A stretch of 20,000 nt of DNA from an uncultured virus (IMG/VR IMGVR_UViG_3300045016_000288) (Duplodnaviria; Heunggongvirae; Uroviricota; Caudoviricetes), in IMG/VR virus record IMGVR_UViG_3300045016_000288; one strand, written 5' to 3'. Of this stretch, positions 7,308 through 13,871 are shown one piece after another. Numbering within the stretch: the stretch's first letter is position 1; every line of letters starts with the position of its first letter. The translations under genes and the position numbers were made by a program. A model generated the notes under the pieces. The model searched no databases. It was not told the DNA's origin and saw only the letters and a list, made by a program, of their open reading frames with translations.

Positions 7308-8456
7308 ATGGTGGTTGTTATTGCCTACTGCCACCGGGATGCCGTGGCGGCGCTGCGGCTGCTCCGGTGGATTGCCTTTCTCGCGGATGAATCCGGGCGA
7401 GCGCCACGGTTGAAATGCCTGCTCGTGCCCAGCCCCCTGGCAACCTGGATGGATATTGCCGGGCTAATCGTCCGGGCGGCGGACGCGGCCTTTCCCGCAG
7501 GCGTGACGGTTTTCAAGCCCCGGCTCGGCGAGGAACATGGCTGGCCGCGCTCGTGCAACGAAATGTTTGGGGCCGCCCTGGTCCAAGCCACCGAACGAAT
7601 GCGGGAGGATATGCTGTGGCTGGAGCCTGACGCCGCACCGGTGCGGACTGATTGGCTGGAGGCAATCGAAGCGGAATGGAGGCAGACCCAGACCGAAGGC
7701 AAAAGTTTCCTGGGCTGTTATGTTCCCAAGGCCAAACCGCACTTGTCAGGCAACGCGGTATATGGTCGGGATTGGCGCAGCCTGGCGCCGAGCCTCGGGC
7801 AAATCAGCAACGAGGCCTGGGATAGCCGGTGTGGGGCGGCCATCCTGCCGCACGCTCGATTAACCGCTTTGTTTCAGCAGGTCTGGCATCCGCGGCAGGT
7901 CGGCCTGCGCTCGCTCAAATCTGGCACAGCTATCTACCATCAGGACAAGGCTGGTGCCTTAATCCTTGAGCTTGACAAGAGCCAGTATGGAGGGAGATTC
8001 TCTAATGGAAAGGGCGACATGTCGGACGCAACCGCAATGAAGATAAGGTATTATCGGGCCAGCAACGCCACGCGGACGCTTCAGATTGCCAACTACAAGT
8101 TCTTGTTTGTCCCCACCGGCTTGCAGGCGGGAGCAATGGGCGGTGTTTATCAGACTTCTAACCCCGGCGAGCAAGCCGTGTTGCGTCACGCCGGCCACCT
8201 TGGGATCACGGAGATCAGCGAGGAACGGTATCGGTTGGAGCTAAAAAAAAAGGAGCGGATGGAACACTTGAGCGGCTTCGATCCATACAGAAGGATGCCG
8301 AGCGGGCCGCCGCGCCGGCTCGGCGTTGTAGCTCCTGCGGAAGCCGCCGAACCCGTTAAGCCCGAGCCTGCGCCAACTGAGATTGGCACCATCGAACTCG
8401 GGCCGGTGCAGGTTGGCGAGGGCAACTGGATCGTTGGACGCAAACCCGGAGGTTGA
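7308..8456 (+). CDS. GT-A-fold glycosyltransferase-like domain fused to an unrelated C-terminal phage protein domain
   Basis: N-terminal strand VVVIAY, GWPRSCNEMF, MLWLEPDAAP (ExD at the DxD position), HLSGNAVY, AWD, IYHQDK. After about aa 238 a different domain starts (MSDATAMKIRYY...GGVYQTSNPGEQAVL...KKK). Confidence 0.6.
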   Translation: MVVVIAYCHRDAVAALRLLRWIAFLADESGRAPRLKCLLVPSPLATWMDIAGLIVRAADAAFPAGVTVFKPRLGEEHGWPRSCNEMFGAALVQATERMREDMLWLEPDAAPVRTDWLEAIEAEWRQTQTEGKSFLGCYVPKAKPHLSGNAVYGRDWRSLAPSLGQISNEAWDSRCGAAILPHARLTALFQQVWHPRQVGLRSLKSGTAIYHQDKAGALILELDKSQYGGRFSNGKGDMSDATAMKIRYYRASNATRTLQIANYKFLFVPTGLQAGAMGGVYQTSNPGEQAVLRHAGHLGITEISEERYRLELKKKERMEHLSGFDPYRRMPSGPPRRLGVVAPAEAAEPVKPEPAPTEIGTIELGPVQVGEGNWIVGRKPGG

Positions 8457-8458
8457 CA

Positions 8459-9952
8459 ATGGCCTATACCTGGTTGGATTGGGTGAATGTGGTTAAGACG
8501 TTCCTGCCAGTGGACGCCACCAGGAAAGGCGCGGAAACCTTTCTGGCCAATCACATTCGACAGGGCGTGCTCGACATCCAGGCCCTGGTGCCGTTCTTCA
8601 ATAGCTCATTTCAGAGCAGCTACACGGTTGATGATGTGACGTTTGATGGCTGGGCCAGCCTGGGCGAAGCACCCGAAGGCGCCATCATCCGGGGCGCCTG
8701 GGTCGCGGAGATCGGTAATCCGTGCAACCGCAAGCCGGTCCTGGGATATGACTGGGCGCATCGGAACGACCTCATCTGCGCGGCGGTCGATGTTCCAAGC
8801 AACCAGGTCGCACTGGCGCTGGAACCGCGTGCCGCCGGCGGCCAATCGTTTGTGTTGTTTCCTGCGCTTGCCGAAGATTACCAGTTGATCATTGAGTGGG
8901 ATGGGACAGTGCTTCAGGTCTCGGACTCAACGGTGGTGCCGTTCACGGAGAAGATGGCGTACGCGGTGGCTTTATGGGTGAAGGCGGCAATCGCCAAGGA
9001 AGTTGACGGAGACGAAGCCGCCGCGAAGAGTTGGCGCGACCAGTACCTGGAACAACGCCGGATGTTGTATGTCGCGGCAGTGGACCGTAGCCGGATCGGG
9101 CCAACCACTGAGCCAACCTTCGCCCCGTCAACAGTCTGCGCTTGCCCGGCAACCGCCACACCTGAAACAGTGGACTTTGTGGCCGTAGGCGACACCGGCA
9201 CAACCGACGCTGGCGGCGATAGCGTGGCCAATCTCATCAAGGGGTTGGAGCCGGATTTCATCCTGTTCCTGGGTGATATTTGCCACAATGCCGGCGCGGA
9301 AACACTCTTGGACGCCCAGTACACGCAGAAATATGGCGGGTTTACCCCGCTCGACGCATATCCAGCGTGGGGCAACCATGACCTGGAAAGCGCCTCCGGC
9401 GGCCTTTGGGGCGGTCCTTTGCTTGACCTGTTCGCCGCCAAGCCCGAGCTTGCAGCGGGAAAGTTCTACTACAATTTCACCAAGGGACCCTGTGAGATAT
9501 TCGTTTTGAACTCAGGCTACAACCTGGGCGACCCCAGAGAACCGGATGGCATCACCGCCGCCAGCGTTCAAGCCGCGTGGCTCCAGGCGGCCCTGGCAGC
9601 TTCCAGTGCGCCATGGAAAATCGTGGCCTGCCACATTGCGCCCTACTGCTCGGATAGCACCCACGGCTCCACGGCCTACATGCAGTGGCCGTTCCTGGCC
9701 TGGGGCGCCAGCCTAGTTTTGTCTGGGCACTCTCATGTTTATGAGCGGCTGGTTGTCGGCGGGTTGCCTTACCTGGTGACGGGGCTCGGCGGCAAGAGCA
9801 AGCACAACTGGGGCGCGACAGTCGCCGGGAGCCAGAAACGCTACAACGCGCTGTATGGCGTTGTCCGTGTGACCGCCACCGAGGCGCGTTTGCAATGCCG
9901 ATTCATCAATGAACTGGGGCAAACCTATGACCGGGTGATTTATGAGGTATGA
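8459..9952 (+). CDS. Head-tail adaptor-like protein fused to a calcineurin-like metallophosphoesterase
   Basis: GGAGG (8448-8452) favours ATG 8459. The N-terminal ~215 aa have an adaptor-like helix-beta-helix layout (LFPALAEDYQLIIEW...AYAVALWVKAAIA...AAAKSWRDQY). From 9173 all five metallophosphoesterase motifs occur: GDTG, GDICH, GNHD, ACH, GHSH. The enzyme call is strong; the adaptor call is moderate. Confidence 0.75.
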   Translation: MAYTWLDWVNVVKTFLPVDATRKGAETFLANHIRQGVLDIQALVPFFNSSFQSSYTVDDVTFDGWASLGEAPEGAIIRGAWVAEIGNPCNRKPVLGYDWAHRNDLICAAVDVPSNQVALALEPRAAGGQSFVLFPALAEDYQLIIEWDGTVLQVSDSTVVPFTEKMAYAVALWVKAAIAKEVDGDEAAAKSWRDQYLEQRRMLYVAAVDRSRIGPTTEPTFAPSTVCACPATATPETVDFVAVGDTGTTDAGGDSVANLIKGLEPDFILFLGDICHNAGAETLLDAQYTQKYGGFTPLDAYPAWGNHDLESASGGLWGGPLLDLFAAKPELAAGKFYYNFTKGPCEIFVLNSGYNLGDPREPDGITAASVQAAWLQAALAASSAPWKIVACHIAPYCSDSTHGSTAYMQWPFLAWGASLVLSGHSHVYERLVVGGLPYLVTGLGGKSKHNWGATVAGSQKRYNALYGVVRVTATEARLQCRFINELGQTYDRVIYEV

Positions 9953-11580
9953 TTCTCTCGCGTCCAGTTGCGCCACCCCCGCTTAGATATAAAACCGGGC
10001 GGCTTGGCGATAGTCGTCTTGGCTGGGCATCGGCGCCAATTCAGTGCGCTGGGACAGTAAAAGCTGAGTCGGCCACGTGCTTTGTGCAGTTAGGGCGCTA
10101 CGGAGACATCCTCTGCATCTTGCCGATTCTCCAGCGGCACGCCGAACAGCATGGTCGCCCTGCGCTGATGGTGAGTTCACAGTTCGCCGACATACTGGAT
10201 GGCGTGTCTTACGTCGCGCCAGAGGTATATGGAGGTGAGTTTTGGGAATTGCCCCGCGCCGTTGAAACAGCCAAGAGGAAATACAGCAAAGTCATCCCGA
10301 CCCAGGCTTGGTGGCGGGATGGACATGCTGAAGCTAAATGCCAATCGTACAGCGAGGAACTATGGAGGCTGGCGGGTTGTCTTGAAGAATACGAAAATCC
10401 GGCGTGGCGACTGGTCATAGATAGGCGATCACCTGAACGCGAAGCCCGGCTCTGCGAGAGATACTGTGCTGGCGGCAAACCGATTGTGTGCGTTTCCCTT
10501 GCTGGAGGCCACTCAAGCCCATTTCCACACTGGCGCGCCGTCCAGGCGGCGATTACCGGCCAATGGTCTGAGCAATTCGAGATTATTGATCTATCGAGAA
10601 TCCAGGCAGATCGGCCCTATGACCTGCTTGGGTTGCTGGAAAACGCGGCGTTGCTCGTGACATCTGACACCATGCCGTTATGGTTAGCTGGCGCCTGCAA
10701 TGTGCCGGTGGCGGCTTTCCTCAGCGAGCAAGGCAGTTGGCGACAGAGCAAACCGAGATGCCGCTGTGTTGCGGTAATGTCCGCTGGGCCTGGCCAGGGC
10801 TGGGAAGAACAACTGCATGAGGTGATCTATCACATCTGGCGGAAGTGGCGGCTTGGGCCAACGATGTTTCACGCGCACGAAACACACCTCAATCTCTCCG
10901 AGCGCGAGCTAAGGGCCAGCGCCTCATGGGAAAGGTTCTATGGTCGGAACCTGTGCGATTGCGGACTGAAATCGTACCCAAGAAACGCCACGTGCCTCGG
11001 CGACAGGCGGTCGCTGCCATTCTTGAAAGATGCTTTACGGCAAGCCGAGGCGGGCGCTGAACCGCATGACATTGTCATTCTGACCAACAGCGACTCGTTC
11101 CTGGTTGATGGCGTGCTGGAGGCGGTGTCCGAGGCTTGTTCCAAGTGGGGCGCTTGTTTTTCCCAGCGCATCGATGTTGTTGGGTCAATACAGGCTACAC
11201 AACAAGGCATCCCTTCTTACCGCACCAAGGCGCATTGCGGCCGGGATATGTTCGCTTTTCGAGTCGCCTGGCTGCGCCAGCATTGGGCTGCGATTCCTGA
11301 TTTTGCGCTGGGTACCAGTGATTGGGATTTCGGTGTTGCCTGCCTTATTCGGCGAATGCTTGGGCAGCATGTCGCGGTAAAGAACCGTTGGTATGACGTG
11401 CTTGATATGTTGTCGCCGAAGCTTGGCGATATAATGCCTGGCTACCTTTTGCATGAGTATCATGCGGCAGTGTGGCACAGCGCCGAACATCAGAATAGAT
11501 CGCCTGCGCAAACTTACAACCGTTCGTTGCTGGCCGGCCTGCTATCTTCGATGGACCCTGAACTGATCATCGGCTGGTGA
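9949..11580 (+). CDS. Two-domain glycosyltransferase (GT9/GT-B-like plus GT-A-like)
   Basis: QLGRYGDILCILP and LLVTSDTMPLWLAGACNVPVAAF match the GT9 heptosyltransferase-family motifs. From about 10864 a second domain has VILTNSDSFL, GRDMFAF, FALGTSDWD and LHEYH. ATGA overlap with the upstream stop. Confidence 0.75.
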   Translation: MILSRPVAPPPLRYKTGRLGDSRLGWASAPIQCAGTVKAESATCFVQLGRYGDILCILPILQRHAEQHGRPALMVSSQFADILDGVSYVAPEVYGGEFWELPRAVETAKRKYSKVIPTQAWWRDGHAEAKCQSYSEELWRLAGCLEEYENPAWRLVIDRRSPEREARLCERYCAGGKPIVCVSLAGGHSSPFPHWRAVQAAITGQWSEQFEIIDLSRIQADRPYDLLGLLENAALLVTSDTMPLWLAGACNVPVAAFLSEQGSWRQSKPRCRCVAVMSAGPGQGWEEQLHEVIYHIWRKWRLGPTMFHAHETHLNLSERELRASASWERFYGRNLCDCGLKSYPRNATCLGDRRSLPFLKDALRQAEAGAEPHDIVILTNSDSFLVDGVLEAVSEACSKWGACFSQRIDVVGSIQATQQGIPSYRTKAHCGRDMFAFRVAWLRQHWAAIPDFALGTSDWDFGVACLIRRMLGQHVAVKNRWYDVLDMLSPKLGDIMPGYLLHEYHAAVWHSAEHQNRSPAQTYNRSLLAGLLSSMDPELIIGW

Positions 11581-12362
11581 AAACCTACTTTCTCACAATC
11601 GTGCTAGATGGAATGCCCTGGCTCCCGTGCGTGTACGCTGCGTTGCTCAAACTTAGCTTCGCGTGGGAATGGCACATTGCCGAAGGCGCGGCCATGCCCA
11701 TAGGATGCACGTCATGGTGCAAGCCGCAGGATGCGAGGCTGAGCCAGGATGGCACCCATGAATTTCTTAAGGCAGTCGGCAGTGATCCCAGGGTCAAAGT
11801 CTGCTCTGAAACATCCTGGCCAGGCAAAGTGGCTATGTTCAACCGTTTACTCTCTAACATAGCTGAATTATGTCTTGTGTGGCAGATTGATTCAGACGAA
11901 CTATGGAGTCCCGGCCAGATAGAGTGCGCTCGGCACCTAATGTGCCATGAACGCGAAAAACACGCGGCCTTTTTCCGTTGTCGTTACTACGTGGGCGCAG
12001 GCATCAGAACCACGTCAACCGAAGGTTACGGCAATCATAGCGCCTACGAATGGAGGCGGCTCTGGCGGTTTGAGCCGGGAATGCGGTTTCAATCACACGA
12101 ACCGCCTGTATGGCAACATGATCCCGCGCTAAAACTGCCCCACTTAGACCAGCAGTACACAGCCAGTCTCGGCTTGGTTTTTGACCACATGGCCTGGGTC
12201 ACTGAAGCTCAAGCGCGGTACAAATGCGCTTTCTATGGGTACGGCGAGGAGGGGTTGAAGGGATGGCTCAAACTCCAGGCAAACCAAACCTGGCCTGTCC
12301 AACTCGGTGCTTTCCTGCCCTGGGTGAAAGACCAGACCACTGCCCTCAGAGGTGTTTTATGA
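11577..12362 (+). CDS. Glycosyltransferase, GT2-like
   Basis: GTG start in a GTGA overlap. LTIVLDG, IAEG, SQDGTHEFL (SxDGT) and VWQIDSDELW (DxD) are typical GT2 motifs. Confidence 0.8.
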   Translation: MKTYFLTIVLDGMPWLPCVYAALLKLSFAWEWHIAEGAAMPIGCTSWCKPQDARLSQDGTHEFLKAVGSDPRVKVCSETSWPGKVAMFNRLLSNIAELCLVWQIDSDELWSPGQIECARHLMCHEREKHAAFFRCRYYVGAGIRTTSTEGYGNHSAYEWRRLWRFEPGMRFQSHEPPVWQHDPALKLPHLDQQYTASLGLVFDHMAWVTEAQARYKCAFYGYGEEGLKGWLKLQANQTWPVQLGAFLPWVKDQTTALRGVL

Positions 12363-13021
12363 ACAACACAGGACCATTTGGTTGCGGGATGGATGGCATG
12401 GAACAGTTGTTTGCGGAACTTCTCTCCTCGTCACTCGGGCATTTCCAGGCGGCGGCCTATATGGAGATTGGGGTCCGCGAGGGAAGGACATTGCTTCGGG
12501 TAGCAAGCGTTCTTTCGGGGTTGACCGATGCGTGGTCCGTGGTTGGGTGTGACCTGCCAGAATCGATCCATATCCGCAAAATCACAAGCGTGTTAAGTGA
12601 GCTTGACCCGCGGCGAAAGCTTAACCTTGAAATGCTGGAAAACCCCAAAGCCAGCGCACCAATCGTTCCCAAAGTGCGCCTTATCCAGGTGGCTCTTTGC
12701 CCCTCGCGGGAGTTCCTGCGCGAACATTTCCAGGGCAAAGTGACCATTGCCTTGATCGATGCGTGTCATTGCGCGAATTGTGTTTGTGAGGACTTTCTTG
12801 GTGTCGAACGGTTTATTGTTCCTGGTGGCCATGTTCTATTCCATGACACAAGGCCAGAACAACAGTCGGAGCATGGATGTGGGCATGAAGCGAGCATTGG
12901 CATTCAAGTTCTCAAAGGCATAGAAAGGCTTGGACTGGACAAGGGGCAACAGCAAGGCTGGGTTCGAGAGGCAACCTGGAAGGGGCCAATCACCTGGATG
13001 AATGTGTACCGTCGGATGTGA
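12359..13021 (+). CDS. Class I SAM-dependent methyltransferase (Methyltransf_24-like)
   Basis: Start moved from 12224 to the in-frame ATG 12359 (ATGA overlap). Motifs YMEIGVREGRT, VVGCD, ALIDACH and VPGGHVLFHD. Confidence 0.85.
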   Translation: MNNTGPFGCGMDGMEQLFAELLSSSLGHFQAAAYMEIGVREGRTLLRVASVLSGLTDAWSVVGCDLPESIHIRKITSVLSELDPRRKLNLEMLENPKASAPIVPKVRLIQVALCPSREFLREHFQGKVTIALIDACHCANCVCEDFLGVERFIVPGGHVLFHDTRPEQQSEHGCGHEASIGIQVLKGIERLGLDKGQQQGWVREATWKGPITWMNVYRRM

Positions 13022-13821
13022 AGGCAATCCCCGTCCTGATTTATTGGTATGGCCAGGAAAACGCTGATTTCCCGCCATTAGCGATCCAATCTGCCGTCAA
13101 GGTTGTTGGCGAAGACAGGGTGGTGGTTCTCCGAGATAGCGAGAGCGTTGCTGAATCGCCTTCTGCCGCAGATGTCACACTGTACTCAAACTCCCTAAAG
13201 CGGTTCGGGCGATATTACCGTCGTGGCTGGACACCAACCCCAGAAGTGAGCAGGCACGGATTTGCGCGGTGGTTTGTGATGCTGGATTATTGCCGTGCTC
13301 ATGGGATTCAGCGGTTCTATCACATTGACTACGATGTGCTATTGTTCAGTCCTCCTGAGGACATTATCCAAGATGGGCGGTTCAGCCTGAGCTTGAGTCG
13401 CGATCCGGCCAACGGTTCGACAAGCGCCACCTCGTCTTTAGTTTGCCTGTCGGCGCTGCAAGCATTTTGTGACCTCACAATCAAGGCACAGCGAACTTGG
13501 GATAAGCGCGTTTTCCCATCACACAACAACGACATGCGAGTTTGGCAACTTCTTGCTGAAACCGGACAGTTCGAGGTTCTTGACACCTACAGCGTGATTA
13601 ACGGCACGGCAGTTGACCATCACCTTGCCATCGTTGATGGGTGGGATTCGGAGGTTGAGCCAAGCGGCCATAGGATAAAGAAAATCGTGTTCCAGAAGGG
13701 CAAACCCTATTGCGAACACCTGGCCACAAAACAGATGGTTCGTTTTCACACCCTGCATTTCTGGAGCAACCTGAAGCAGCTCATGCCGGAATACCTTGCC
13801 AGAGCCAAAGCGAGCGAGTAA
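13018..13821 (+). CDS. GT-A-fold glycosyltransferase-like protein
   Basis: GTG start in a GTGA overlap. LIYWYG, FARWFVM, FYHIDYDVLLF (DxD), NDM and LHFW...K. Confidence 0.65.
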   Translation: MKAIPVLIYWYGQENADFPPLAIQSAVKVVGEDRVVVLRDSESVAESPSAADVTLYSNSLKRFGRYYRRGWTPTPEVSRHGFARWFVMLDYCRAHGIQRFYHIDYDVLLFSPPEDIIQDGRFSLSLSRDPANGSTSATSSLVCLSALQAFCDLTIKAQRTWDKRVFPSHNNDMRVWQLLAETGQFEVLDTYSVINGTAVDHHLAIVDGWDSEVEPSGHRIKKIVFQKGKPYCEHLATKQMVRFHTLHFWSNLKQLMPEYLARAKASE

Positions 13822-13871
13822 GTTTGTGACGGCAGTGCTCAGTGTGGGCGGACTGGGCCGGTCAATGGCGT

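Noticed and set aside
8243..8251. A9 run as a phase-variation or frameshift site
   Set aside because: Explained by LKKK codons in an intact frame; no convincing alternative-frame product.
12359..13021. DNA methyltransferase
   Set aside because: Lacks DPPY/NPPY or PCQ catalytic motifs; the pattern fits small-molecule or glycan O-methyltransferases.
7308..13821. Host LPS/capsule locus or gtrABC serotype-conversion locus
   Set aside because: No flippase, polymerase, nucleotide-sugar synthesis or evident membrane proteins; the genes are interleaved with and fused to virion-type genes.
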